Shown here one piece after another: positions 36,907-50,125 of a stretch of 50,652 bases of DNA. Within the stretch, counting starts at the first letter, position 1. Each line of letters opens with the position of its first letter. This DNA is from Octopus bimaculoides (taxonomy: Eukaryota), in the NCBI RefSeq assembly GCF_001194135.2, contig NC_068981.1, forward strand, positions 43,501,009 to 43,551,660, read 5' to 3'. A program made the translations under genes and the position numbers. Below the pieces are notes generated by a model, which ran no database searches, was not told the origin of the DNA, and saw only the letters and a program-made list of their open reading frames with translations.

Positions 36907-37112
36907 TTTCTACTCTAGACACAAAATTTTGGGGGAGGGAGCCAATCGATTAGATCGATCCTATTATGCAACTGGTACTTAATTTATCTACTCTAAAAGG
37001 ATGAAAAGTAAAGTCGATCTCGGCAGAATTTGAACTCAGAATGTAAAGATGGGCGAAATATCACTAAGCATTTTGCCAGGCGTGCTAACGTTTCTCTCAA
37101 CTTGCTGCCTTA
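36907..37112 (-). mobile_element. Family C SINE
   Basis: Homologous to 8097-8310. Confidence 0.87.
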
Positions 37113-37250
37113 CCCTTGCACCTCATTCAATACAACTACCTCTACCCCCTCGCTAATCATCTTTTACCCTCCCCTTACATTCATTTGGAACTATTCACCT
37201 TCCTCTCCCTCAATCCACTGACCATATTTACTTGTATGCTTTTGGACTCT

Positions 37251-37587
37251 GGTGAAGGCGCATGACTTAGTAGTTAAAGGGTCGGCCTCACAATCACGAG
37301 GTAGTGAGTTCAATTCCCAGACAAGGCTCTGTGTTATGTTCTTGAGCAAGACACTTTATTTCATGTTGCTGCAGTTCACTCAGCTATAGAAATGAGTTGC
37401 GACGTCACTGGTACCAAGCTGTATTGGCATTTGCCTTTCCGTTGGATAATATCAGGGGTATGGTAAGGGAAGGCTGATATGCATGGGCGACTGCTGGTCT
37501 TCCATAAACAACCTTGGTCAGAATTGTGCTTTGAAGAGTAACTTTCTAGGAGTAATCCCATAGTCATTTTGACCAAAGGGGATCTTT
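37251..37587 (+). mobile_element. tRNA-derived SINE, D-type head with a third body variant (D3)
   Basis: Shares the head and ttcttgagcaagacactttatttcatgttgct with D1, then diverges. Confidence 0.8.
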
Positions 37588-37602
37588 AATACATGCATGC
37601 AT

Positions 37603-37633
<31 letters not shown>

Positions 37634-37634
<1 letters not shown>

Positions 37635-37875
37635 CATCATCATCATCATCATCATCATCGTTTAACGTCCGCTTTCCATGCTAGCATGGGTTGGACGATT
37701 TGACTGAGGACTGGTGAAACCGGATGGCAACACCAGGCTCCAGTCTAATTTGGTAGAGTTTCTACAGCTGAATGCCCTTCCTAACGCCAACCACTCAGAG
37801 AGTGTAGTGGGTGCTTTTACGTGTCACCCGCACGAAAACGGCCACGCTCGAAATGGTGTCTTTTATGTGCCACCC
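37634..37875 (-). mobile_element. Family B retroposon
   Basis: (ATC)n tail and ...cccttcctaacgccaacc core. Confidence 0.9.
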
Positions 37876-37939
37876 ATATATATATATNNNNNNNNNNNNN
37901 NNNNNNNNNNNNNNNNNNATATATGTATATATATATATT

Positions 37940-38846
37940 CGAGGTCTGTCTGGAAAGTAACAGGACTAGTGTCACAAACAATTTATTTCAATTTCAAACA
38001 ACAATCTTCGTGGTTTCCCCTTCCAAGTAACCCACTCAAGCTTAATGCACTGTCACATCCTTCCCTGCCATGCTTCTATGTACTGCTGGAAGGATGCATC
38101 TGGGATGCCCCTAATCCCTGTCGTTATGGCCCTCTTGATGACTTTCATGCCTTCAAAACATGTTCCCTTGACGAACCCCTTGAACTTGGGGAAAAGAAAA
38201 AAGTTGCATAGAGAAAGATCAGGTGAATAGGGAGGTTGTTCCAGTATGGTGATATTCTTCTTTGCCAGGAACTGCTGGTTGCTCAGAGTGTTGTGATCAG
38301 GTGCATTGTCATGGTGAACCTGTCATGATTAGCAGAACTCTTGTCTCTTCTTGCACACTAAGAAAAGCAAATGCTGCAGGAGCTCTTTGTAGACTTGCTG
38401 ACTGCCCACTTGACGCTGATCTCAGCCCTGCATGTTAAAGGTCTCCCATTCCTGGAGTCATCTTTCACCTTCTCACACCCCTTTTTGAACATCTTGTGCC
38501 ACTCAAAAACAATTGTGCCCAACATGGTGTTATCTCCATACACTTACTGAAGCATTTCAAGTGCTTGCGACAGAATTTTCCCCAACTGGACCCAAAATTT
38601 CAGGTTTATTCATTGCCCATTGTTCATTGTGCATTCCTCAGTGCTCATAGCTGAATGACCTGAAAAAGAGGAGAAAAGAGGAGGGGTAAACAAAAGCCTG
38701 TGAAAAGATATGCAATGGGTGCAGAAAGCTAAGATTACAGTTATATACTCTCAAGATATGTTAGATGAAAACACAATCTGCTTATCCCTGTTTTGCTCAT
38801 AGCTCACACAGCACACCCAGTCCTGATACTTTCCAGACAAATCTCA
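37940..38846 (-). mobile_element. Internally deleted mariner with both 28-bp TIRs
   Basis: TIRs at 37940-37967 and 38819-38846 match 24/28, with TA at 38847. HTH region, HDNA and QPPYSPDL are present; no TGDE region was found. Confidence 0.92.
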
Positions 38847-40386
38847 TATATACATATGGTGATATTTCTTTTATAGAAAAGTATTAGCTAATAAATGAAT
38901 GTATGAAATTTTAGACATGATAAATTGCACTGGAATGGTTTGTCAGTAAACATGATCTTAACCAGTTTTTAAACAGGTAAAATTTTTCATTCACTGTGTT
39001 GTCCCTCACAAAGTCATGAATGTGTACATTATAAAGAGATTTTTAAGAGAAAAAATATATATTGATTAATGATCCACTTCTTTGCAGTTAATAGATAAAT
39101 GAAATTACAGATGACTTTGAATTACAGACATTTGCTACACCAAAATATAAATGAGACTCATTTATATTTCATTTTCTGTACTTATATAAAAATAGGAACT
39201 GCTGAAGATAAAAACTAACTATATAAAGAACCTATTTTAACTTCTCTTTTCAGGTGAGAGTAATGCTGACCAAATCAATATAATACTTCACAATAAACAG
39301 CTGTGTTAGTAGTTTGTATACTGTTATTCATGGCTGGACTATGTCTGTAGCTAAAACACATGACGTTCTGTTGATGAGTTCAGTTTAAGTTCACCTTGGT
39401 GTAAATAAGTTGTTGTTTGTCTCCAAAATCATTCTTGATTAAGCAACTCCTTGGTTTAAAGCATTCCAGTTAAGGATATATCTCTTGTCTTGATTTGGGG
39501 TATGTGTATCTAAAACTACATTATACAATGTGCCCCCTTTTTTCTTAAAATGATGCAGTGTGATTTTAAAGGAAATGTTATCAACCCTTTGAAGTAGTAG
39601 CAGCACTGTAAAAATGACAAGTGTTTCTTTAGCATGCAATGCCAATTTAAAATCCTTCATTGGGCCAAAAGAATACCTACCTACATATATCTAGTGGCAG
39701 TTCAGTGTCTCATGAAAGTTATATAACCGACAATTTTCACCTATTTTGGCATAAAATATCTTAGATTTTGAAATAAAATTTTGGAACCAAGTTATGCCTC
39801 AGTTCTTCATGAAAGTATAGTTGAACAAAGGATTGTTATGGTATGAAATTAAGAATAGATATCTTCATGCAACCCTTGGATGAGTAGAATTCCTAGAAGT
39901 TTATGAGTTTATTAGAGTTTCATATGTAGTCTCTCTCTCTTTATAGTTTTACATGATTCAATACCATTTTTTCAAAAGAAACTTACTATTTATGAGATTC
40001 CAGTAAAGTGGGTTACTGAAATCCAGACTACAAAGTTCTTGAAGAGTTACTACAAGACATCTTATCGAATGCTCCAGCAAATCCACTAATTTACCATTTT
40101 GAACTGATACTCTATGTATCGACACCAGAATGATGAAAGTATACCTTCAACCCTTGTCTTGTTTCTTTCAAAATGATATTTGGTATTATAATAAATACCA
40201 AATCTTAAGTTGCTAATACAATCCAGTAAATGTACCTTCCAACATTCCAGTCAATTGTATCACCTGGCATCTATGACAAGATGCCAGCCAACTTCAACGA
40301 CCTATTTTTGCACCAAAAGGCAAATCAACATTCTGAAATATTCATAGCTTTTCTTATAAATAAGCACTTACAAATAATGCACTCAC

Positions 40387-40491
40387 CAGAGTCGCACCCG
40401 CGAGTTCTACCTTGTGCAGGTCATTAAAGTCATTCTCCGTTTTCTCTCTTGCATTCACATTTATTGTCATGATAATTCTCCTTCTTGAATA
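40387..40491 (-). CDS. Candidate exon (phase 0 to 0; ATG at 40470), unknown product
   Basis: Acceptor aattttccaaag, consensus donor ctg|gtgagt, local CpG retention; the only open frame is YSRRRIIMTINVNAREKTENDFNDLHKVELAGATL. Confidence 0.35.
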
Positions 40492-40589
40492 CTTTGGAAA
40501 ATTTTAATATTTAATAAATACACAGTACTTACATATCTCTCATATATATACATATATATATATTCAAATACACAAGAGAGATAACAATT

Positions 40590-40590
40590 G

Positions 40591-40659
<69 letters not shown>

Positions 40660-40675
40660 ATATGTATATATATGT
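40590..40675. repeat. (AT)n/(ATGT)n microsatellite
   Basis: Read directly from the sequence. Confidence 0.9.
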
Positions 40676-41044
40676 ATAACATTTTCTTCTTTTTCTTGCA
40701 GTTTATATTCATTCAGGCTAACATTTTATTTGTCTTATTTTATTAGCTTTCTAACATTCAAATAAGTAGAATAAGTATACCTCTTATTTTATACACCTTT
40801 TAATACAACCTTTCCAAATCACTTGAATTATTCTTGCTACAATGCTTAGCTCATTATAATTTCAATTTTTTTGTTAAATCTTGCATTTTGTGAACAAAAG
40901 CATCATTTGTCAAAATCGATTGAAATTCTGACTGTGAGAGTGACAAGGGACTATTTATGTAACTTGGGTAGAATAAATATCTCAAGGTAATTATTTTAAG
41001 GCAACAGCTTATCAGCAATTTTTTGACCAATAAATATATCATTC

Positions 41045-41283
41045 TAAGGTGGCAAGCTGGCAGAAACGTTAGCACACCGGGTGAAATGCTTAGTGGTATT
41101 TCGTCTGTCTTTACGTTCTGAGTTCAAATTCCACCAAGGTTGATTTTGCCTTTCATCCTTTCGGGGTCGATTAAATAAGTACCAGTTACACACTGGGGTT
41201 GATGTAATCAACTTAATCCCTTTGTCTCTCCTTGTTTGTCCCCTCTATGTTTAGACCCCTGTGGACAATAAATAAATAAATAA
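41045..41283 (+). mobile_element. Family C SINE, near full length, (AAAT)n tail
   Basis: B-box-like gagttcaaattcc, central motif and tail all present. Confidence 0.9.
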
Positions 41284-42401
41284 ATATATCATTCTCACAC
41301 ATGCACGTGTGCACATGTATGCACACATGCACACACACACAATGAGAGCTCCTCACTATTTTCATTACAATAAGAAATTTCATTCAATAGACATTGTTCA
41401 ATCTAATGCTTTGGTAGCAAGCACCAACCAAGGCATTACACAGAAGCATCAAACCCCAAAATCACACAGTCACTAACCTCTTAATCATGCAGTAATACAT
41501 ACGTCTGACAATTTTAGCATAACATTAACATCAACAATGTAAGGTTAGGCAATTGTCTTTGGATCATTGAAAGATTTTGTACACACCAATACATTGCTTC
41601 ATAATTATGTTGTTCCTTTTCCATGTGCATTTATAGAACTTTTAACCACATAATACCACTTTACAACTGACTTGAACGAGGCCATTAATAGCAAATAGTT
41701 TTTATCATGGAGATAGGTTAAAGCTAGTTACAAGATATAAACTAAAGATTATTTGACCCTCAGATGACTGCCAGAACTTATTTTTTAAATAGATTTATGA
41801 GAACCCTTCAAAAGCAGTAGCATCCAGATCAAATCTTTTCTAGGCTGGTATACAAAAAATATGTAAAACTACAATAAATAGTGATAAAGTTATTTGAAGC
41901 ATTTTCCTCCAAATATTACTTATTTCAAGATTTAGTTTTGATTTATCCGAAAAATGCATTTTATGAAATATTTTAGTGTTATTTGAAGACAGATTGAAGA
42001 CTTTCTTGACTTTCATGGTAAAGCTTACTCAAATTTGGCAAGAATTTACTAGCTAAGGAATATTTTTCATTAGTTGTGATAAATTTTAGGATTTGATACA
42101 GTATTACAGGGGTAAAAAAAACTCACAAAAAAACAAAAACAAAGCAGTCAAACTTTCTTACAGTGTGCATAGAAAAATCTTAGATTTATGTATGTATATT
42201 GAATCATACATTAACAGTTCTAAGGATTCTTGTAAAGAAACTTTCGTTTTAAAAGTTTATCTTGAAAATTTTTCCTTGATATAAAAGTGATCAGTGACAG
42301 AGGCATCAAATTGAATAAGTCATATGATTTATTTCATAGAATAATTATCTTTTGATGAAAAATATCTTATAAACAAATATACCATGAAATTTTAGGGGAA
42401 G

Positions 42402-42657
42402 ATCATCATCATCAAAATCATTGTTTAATGTCTGCTTTCCATACTGGCATGGGTTGGACGGTTTGACTGAGGACTGGCAAGCCAGGAAGCTGTACAAGGC
42501 TCTAATCTGATCTAGCAAGGTTTCTACAGCTGGATGCTCTTTCTAACGCCAACCACTCCGAGAGTGTAGTGGGTGCTTTTTGCATGCCACCAGCATGGGT
42601 GCCAGTCAGGCAGCACTGGCATCGGCCACACTCGAATGATGCCTTTTATGTACCACT
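42402..42657 (-). mobile_element. Family B retroposon
   Basis: Homologous to 2297 and 37634; about 1.4 copies of the 66-bp unit. Confidence 0.88.
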
Positions 42658-42914
42658 TTCATAGTGGTGTCGCCAAGTCTCTCTCTTGCAGCATCCTGAA
42701 TATTCCAATAATTTTCCATTTTAAACTAGTGATTTGACAGAGTCAGATAGAAAGCCATGTTAAATTTGTTCCAGCTCCCTGCATTCTTAATTGAAATCTC
42801 ATGAAGTTCAGCCTTCTTTTGCATCACTTTTAGGTTGATAAAATTCCAGTCTAGTATAGTTGATTGTTGTTAAAACAACTGAAGTGATAATATGCAATAT
42901 CAATTTATTTTTTA

Positions 42915-43215
42915 CCTTTAATATTTTGTTTCAGTCATTGGATGTGGCCATGCTGGGGCACCACCTTGAAGGGTTTAGTTGAATGAATTAAACTCTTCTG
43001 CCAAACTACTAGGTTATGAGGATGTAAACAAATCAACACAGGCTGTTAAACACAAAGACACAAACACACACACACACACACATGCATACACTCACACAAA
43101 TACAACAGGTTTCCACACAGTTTCTGTCCATCAAATTCATTCACTAGGCACTAGTTGGCCTGGTGCTATTGTGGAAAACACTGAACTGAACCCCAATCCA
43201 TGTGGTAGCAAGTGG
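42915..43215 (-). mobile_element. Diverged family A SINE (head plus 3' module, internal deletion)
   Basis: tttcagtcattg..gccatgctggggcaccaccttgaagggtttag matches the 3' module at 46640-46825. Confidence 0.7.
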
Positions 43216-43382
43216 ATCTTTATATTCTGAGTAAAAAATTCACTGAATGACTCAAGTCCTACTGATTACCAGAGCTAATCACTCAAACACAAGGCAAGAA
43301 AGGATTATGAAATCTGTAACAGGTAGAGCAGGATGTGACTACCGTTATTCATTATTGTTGTAATTCATTAATGATATTAATC

Positions 43383-43596
43383 TTTTCTACTCTTGGCACA
43401 AGGCCTAAAATTTTGGGGGAAGGGAACAGTTGATTAGATCAATCCCAGTACACAACTAGTACTTAATTTATCATCCCTGAAAGGATGAAAAGCAAAGCCG
43501 ACCTCGGCAGAATTTGAACTCAGAATGCAAAGATAGACGAAATACCGCTAAGCATTTTGCCCAGTGTGCTAACGTTTCTGCCATCTTGCTGCCTTT
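43383..43596 (-). mobile_element. Family C SINE
   Basis: Homologous to 8097-8310 and 41045. Confidence 0.9.
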
Positions 43597-43914
43597 GAAT
43601 GATGATAAATAATGATGAATAAATGTTATTTTGCTGCTATAAGCACTGGAATAGCTGTGTAACTGAAGAGTTTAATTTAATCCTTTAGCATTCACATTAT
43701 TCTGTCAAATGTAATGCTTATTTATTCACATTATTTTGAATTAATCATGTATTATCTTGTAGCTTTGAAATTTTGATGATGTGATTGTATACTTTTAGAA
43801 TGACATTTTAGGGTAGGTGTGAGAGGTCAGATTTGGCCAGTTTGACCATAAGACAAGTAGAATATTTTGGCCAGATATGGCTGGATTAAATGCTAAAGGG
43901 TTAAGCCTATGTGA

Positions 43915-44480
43915 TAAGGGATCAGCTCCTTTGCCTGAATACTGTCAGATAGTGTCCTCTACGATAGCTGCAGGATGTCTAATAACTTGTGAGTGAAACT
44001 TGTAGATGGAAGCTAAAGATGTTGACTCCGTCCATCTGTCCGTCCGTCCATCCATCTATGTGTCTGGTGTGTGTATGTGAGTTTATGTGTTTGTGCACGT
44101 GAATTTGTATTTTCCTTCATCATCCCATGTGTTTAGTGGTGTAAACAAAAGCTGCACTGTTCATATAGATAATCTCATTTGCATGCAGTTCATTGCAAAA
44201 GCTTAACTTGGTCTTTTTGACATGTCTTGACATATATTGCGTGATCTTTATAATCCAATGGCTCACCATTCATACAAATATTGTCATTTGTTTTTCAGTT
44301 CTCCATAAAACCATGTGCAGGCAATTTGTTGTTTGATAAAACTGGAGGATTATAACTGTGCTTCAAAACAAATGAGGTTTGGCATCAGCAAGAGTATCTG
44401 TCTGTACGAATCTCTGCTGTAATGTAATCTCATCTGACCCACGGAAGCATGTGAAAGAAGATGTTAAAATGATGATGATG
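43915..44480 (+). mobile_element. Diverged composite retroposon: A-like head, microsatellite spacer, family E tail
   Basis: aacttgtgagtgaaacttgtagatggaagct (A body); tail ggtttggcatcagcaagagtatc...gacccacggaagcatg...gttaaaatgatgatg. Confidence 0.6.
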
Positions 44481-44914
44481 AGGAGGAGGAGGTTATAAAC
44501 ATGTTTAAATTACTGCAACAGACCATGAAGCAATGCTTTATTCTTTCAAAGCTTAGTCTCTTACAATTCTGTTTTGAACCGAGATCAATATTCTCTTCAA
44601 TCTCCTCGAAAGTATCAATAAAGTATCAATCATAATCTGTGTGTACCCTAGTTCTTCAAATAAGTGTGTCATATATATACATGTTGTAAAAGGTGACTAA
44701 ATGAACAGGGTTCAGGAAAGACACCAAATTATAAAACATAACCTTTAAAATTTCTATCCAACCATGCCAACATCGAAAAGTAGATGTAAATGTGAGGATA
44801 AAGATTCAATTGATTATATTTTCTCTTGTGTGAAAACAGATGCTATAGTCAATTCACTCTACACCTATATATTGAAGTCGTTGGATGCTTCACTTATCTT
44901 GGCAGTGTGATTCA

Positions 44915-45510
44915 TAGCAGCCTTACCTGTGAGTCCAAAGTTTCAAAAAGATTTGGATATGCTGGTGCAGTTGTGAATTCACTGGACACAGGTGTTTAGA
45001 GCCTTCAATATTTGAGCAGGAGGACAAAGGTTTGGGTCTTCTGGTCTCTGGGCCACCCTGTCTTACTCTATAGTTATAAGACTTGGGTGTTCTCTAGGGC
45101 CCTTAGGAGCCACCTGAGATTCTTTGGTACCAGGACACTTTGCAAGATTATGAGTAACCATTGGCTGGAAGTTATATCTAATCAACAACTATATACCAAA
45201 ACTGCGATGTGTCCTGTTACTTGTACAATCTAGTAGTATCAGCTTAGACTGTTTGGCCATGTTGCTCAATTTTCTGAGTTAGATCTTGCTTACCATGTTC
45301 TCATCTCTGAGGATCCATCTGGGGCAACATCTCATGTTGGTTGCCAATATCCCACATGGATACAGTAGATGAAGAGATATCTTGCAGAGATGTGGGCTGA
45401 TTGAGACACTGCTTGGGGGGTTTCCAGGATGACCTGAGCAAATACTAACAAATGATGGATGTTGTGATGTACTGCAATGATGCATCCACCCTGATCCATA
45501 CCTGACCTAA
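44915..45510 (+). mobile_element. RTE-clade LINE 3' end fragment, decayed
   Basis: SRRTKVWVFWSLGHPVLLYSYKTW...SNQQLY...QLRLFGHVAQF resembles the RTE C-terminus (VLLYGCETW, LRLFGHV). Confidence 0.85.
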
Positions 45511-45952
45511 ACTCCTCTTTTGAGAGCTACAACTGAATAAATAGACTGAGTTTGTTCATTCGTAGATTGTTATTGTTGTTCTGTTGTGACTAAAATAAAG
45601 CTGTCTCACCATATCTGATAAGTTCATTGGTCAACAGAGTAAGTTTACCATAAGGAATATGTAATGCAAGGAAAGTTCACCAAAAGGAAAATTTATGGAG
45701 AGATAGTTCCACAATAAAAGAATAAAAAACACCTTATTTCCAAACACTAAAGTTCACAGTGAATTGATGGTGGTGAACTTACCTGTAAACCCATCTCACA
45801 ATAAAATTTCCAAATCAATAAAGTTGTAGATAGGTATTACAAAATACTGGCAATTCTCAATGTAAGCAACAAGAACAGTAATTTTGATATTGTCAAATAT
45901 TTAATTAGCTTACAACGCTGAGCTCAACTACTCCTATAGTCATTGGTTGGGG

Positions 45953-45998
45953 AGAGAGAGAGAGAGGGAGAGAGAGAGAGAGGGAGAGAGAGAGAGAT
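45953..45998. repeat. (GA)n microsatellite
   Basis: Read directly from the sequence. Confidence 0.9.
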
Positions 45999-46310
45999 AA
46001 ACTCAATCGGAGATACTTACCTTTGATAATTGAGAAAAAATAAATCTCAGTTGTAGCTTGCTGACCTAATGGTTGATACAATACACCAAAGTCTCCTTCC
46101 ATCGTTTAAAGTAAACAGTCATCACAATATAGACCTCGATTGATGCTTGGGAACTGGTCTGCCATTTCATAAATATATATATACAGACCAAATCAGCTAC
46201 TTATGCTAAATCAGACCTTCCCAACATAACATCAGAACCATCGGGGGTAAACACACACACACACATATACACACACATACACACACATACACACACTCAT
46301 ATATACATAT

Positions 46311-46472
46311 ACGATGAGTTTCTTTCGCTTTCTATCTACCAAATCTATTCACAAGACTTTGGTCGGCCTGAGGCTATAGCAGAAGACACTTGCCCAAGGT
46401 GCCACGCAGTGCAACTGAACCTAGAACCATGTGGTTCATAAGCCAGCTACTTACCACACTACTACTCCTGCA
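46311..46472 (-). mobile_element. Family A SINE, 5' module
   Basis: Homologous to 79-238. Confidence 0.87.
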
Positions 46473-46639
46473 CCTATATATATGTGTGTGTGTGTATTAT
46501 CATCCTCATTATCATCATCATCATCATCATCATCATCACCATATTTACCAGCTTGCCAGCACTGGTCACACCATCCAGCCAATGCCAGCATGAACTACAG
46601 ACATTAAATGATGATTATGATATATATTTGTCCTCCATC

Positions 46640-46818
46640 AACATTCGACAACCAGTGTTAGTGTATTTACTTCTCTGTAACTTAGAGATTTGGCAAAAGT
46701 GACCGATAGAATTAGTACTAAGGTGTAAAAAATAAGTCCTGGGGTTGATTTGTTCAACTAAAACCCTTCAAGCCGGTGCTCCAGCATGGCTGCAGTCAAA
46801 TGACTGAAACAAATAATA

Positions 46819-46825
<7 letters not shown>
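46640..46825 (+). mobile_element. Family A SINE, 3' module only
   Basis: Matches 49470-49623 and extends across the part deleted there. Confidence 0.75.
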
Positions 46826-46856
<31 letters not shown>

Positions 46857-47828
46857 NNNNNNNNNNNNNNNNNNNNNNNNNNNNNNNNNNNNNNNNNNNN
46901 NNNNNNNNNNNNNNNNNNNNNNNNNNNNNNNNNNNNNNNNNNNNNNNNNNNNNNNNNNNNNNNNNNNNNNNNNNNNNNNNNNNNNNNNNNNNNNNNNNNN
47001 NNNNNNNNNNNNNNNNNNNNNNNNNNNNNNNNNNNNNNNNNNNNNNNNNNNNNNNNNNNNNNNNNNNNNNNNNNNNNNNNNNNNNNNNNNNNNNNNNNNN
47101 NNNNNNNNNNNNNNNNNNNNNNNNNNNNNNNNNNNNNNNNNNNNNNNNNNNNNNNNNNNNNNNNNNNNNNNNNNNNNNNNNNNNNNNNNNNNNNNNNNNN
47201 NNNNNNNNNNNNNNNNNNNNNNNNNNNNNNNNNNNNNNNNNNNNNNNNNNNNNNNNNNNNNNNNNNNNNNNNNNNNNNNNNNNNNNNNNNNNNNNNNNNN
47301 NNNNNNNNNNNNNNNNNNNNNNNNNNNNNNNNNNNNNNNNNNNNNNNNNNNNNNNNNNNNNNNNNNNNNNNNNNNNNNNNNNNNNNNNNNNNNNNNNNNN
47401 NNNNNNNNNNNNNNNNNNNNNNNNNNNNNNNNNNNNNNNNNNNNNNNNNNNNNNNNNNNNNNNNNNNNNNNNNNNNNNNNNNNNNNNNNNNNNNNNNNNN
47501 NNNNNNNNNNNNNNNNNNNNNNNNNNNNNNNNNNNNNNNNNNNNNNNNNNNNNNNNNNNNNNNNNNNNNNNNNNNNNNNNNNNNNNNNNNNNNNNNNNNN
47601 NNNNNNNNNNNNNNNNNNNNNNNNNNNNNNNNNNNNNNNNNNNNNNNNNNNNNNNNNNNNNNNNNNNNNNNNNNNNNNNNNNNNNNNNNNNNNNNNNNNN
47701 NNNNNNNNNNNNNNNNNNNNNNNNNNNNNNNNNNNNNNNNNNNNNNNNNNNNNNNNNNNNNNNNNNNNNNNNNNNNNNNNNNNNNNNNNNNNNNNNNNNN
47801 NNNNNNNNNNNNNNNNNNNNNNNNNNNN
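46857..47828. other. Assembly gap (972 N)
   Basis: N run flanked by (AT)n. Confidence 0.99.
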
Positions 47829-47874
<46 letters not shown>

Positions 47875-49206
47875 GTGTGTACGTTTGTGTGTCATCATCA
47901 TCATATTTTGTGTATTTATATATATATATGTACTCATGCCCACGTACATGTATACATATATTCCCTGTGGGTTGGCCTTCATGTTTAAAACTAAAATAAT
48001 TAGTTAACATATTCACAGCATACATAAATTTAATAGCCAATTCAATAATCAGATTACGTACCTTTTTAATATTTTGTTCATAGATCATAAAATATCAAGT
48101 GACTCTATTTTGCATTGAATTGATAAGGAAAATTGATGGTATGTTAGATTTATTGCTTTTCAAGTGATGCCCTCTTTAAAACCTGTTAGACTAAGATTTC
48201 TTCATAGAAGACTGATATGGCTAGTGCCAACAGAACTTATATATTATTCAAAAAGTAATTTTGTTTTCACAAATCAAACACTGAGTCTGTATTTGTGCTC
48301 TGGTGTTCTACAAGGGATAAATAAAAAATAAATAGGAAACAAAAGAACACTTGTTATTGGTTAAGTGATTCTCTGCTAAATAGAAGATGCTGGAGAATTC
48401 ATTGCAAAAACTCTGAAACTCATTTATTCTGGAAAATTGCCCAAACATTTAGATAGACATATTCTTAATAATACAATTGAAATTGCTTCTCTTGTAGCAA
48501 TTAGATGAGAGATATATGTTTCCAGTCAGGTATCATCTGTACTTCATACTACTTTGAGTATCTTCACAGTAAAAGTGTAATTTTATCATTATCTTCATTG
48601 GTGTTAGATTTCACCAAGATTATCTTACAAAATCAATCTTTAATAGAGTTAATATGCTACTGCATAAATATTAAAAAGAAACCACTGTTCTGCACATAAA
48701 TCTACATTTGACATTGTTACCTTAAGTTAACATCAGCAAACTGAAGTAGAGAGTCATGTTTCCTTACTTTCTTTTCTTCCAATGTTCCTGTTTTCTTCTT
48801 GCTTTTGAATTTCATTTATTTATTTATTTATTTATTTATCTTGTTTATTTATTTATTTTTGGTTTTGAGCCAATTGGAAATAGTGTTTAGTCCTATGTAT
48901 CAAAGACTCATATTCTTAAACATATAAAGGACATGACAGCAGCTTAACATATTGATCATATCCTGATATATTTTTTCTAAAGGAAAGGGTCATCTAATTT
49001 TGGCAGTCTCACTTTGGTTTAACCTATACCTAGCAGTGCTTTCAGTAGCTAGGAAAATATTTTATTTCCATTCACCATTCATGTGATTTAACCTAACAAA
49101 CATTTCTTTATGGCACATTGATACAAAACAAGGATTTTAGGTTGATTCATATATAGATACCTAACATCACATGAGAAGTAAGAAGTATTGAATATATATA
49201 TATAAT

Positions 49207-49239
<33 letters not shown>

Positions 49240-49383
49240 GCAGGAGTGGGTGTGTGGTAAGTAGCTTGCTTACCAACCACATGGTTCCAGGTTCAGTGCC
49301 ACTGCATGGCACCTTCTACTATAACCTCAGGCTGGCCAAAGGTTTGTGTTTGGATTTGGTAGACGGAAACTGAAAGAAGCCCA

Positions 49384-49420
<37 letters not shown>

Positions 49421-49623
49421 TGTATGTATGCATGTATGTATGTATATGTTTGTGTGTCTATGTTTGTCTCCCCAACATCGCTTGACAACTGATGCTGGTG
49501 TGTTTACATCCCCATAACTTAGTGGTTCAGCAAAAGAGACCAATAGAATAAGTACTAGGCTTACAAAGAATAAGTCATGCTGTCGATTTGCTCAACTAAA
49601 TGACTGAAACAAATAAAAGAATA
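49240..49623 (+). mobile_element. Family A SINE with 5' module, microsatellite spacer and 3' module
   Basis: gcaggagtgggtgtgtggtaag head, then (AT)n, then gcttgacaactgatgctggtgtgtttacatcccc tail. Confidence 0.88.
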
Positions 49624-50074
49624 AAATTAGGGTTAGGGTTAGACACACACATATATATATGTATATATCCCTTCTGTGTTGGCCCCTTGTGGACAATGAA
49701 AAAAATCACTCATATATGTATATACATACATACATACATATATATGTATATATATATGTATAGATGTGTGTGTATGTTCATGCATGTATCTATGAACATG
49801 CATATTTGTGTGAGTGCATGCACACACACACACATATACACATAAACATATGCATACATATGTAGACATATTTACTTATAAAATAAATGTACCTGTATAT
49901 CTATTCATTTATTATTTTACTGGTTTTAGTTGGACTGGAGCTTTGTGGAGTCACTGACTTGACTGATGTTTTACTTACATTCTGAAAGATGAAATCTGAA
50001 AATTGAAAGTTGACCTAAGAGGTCAATGAATGCAAATGGACCTTACCAAATATCCATTGTCCATTGATCAAAGA

Positions 50075-50075
50075 A

Positions 50076-50107
<32 letters not shown>

Positions 50108-50125
50108 TGTGTGTGTGTGTGTGCA
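50075..50125. repeat. (GT)n microsatellite
   Basis: Read directly from the sequence. Confidence 0.9.
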
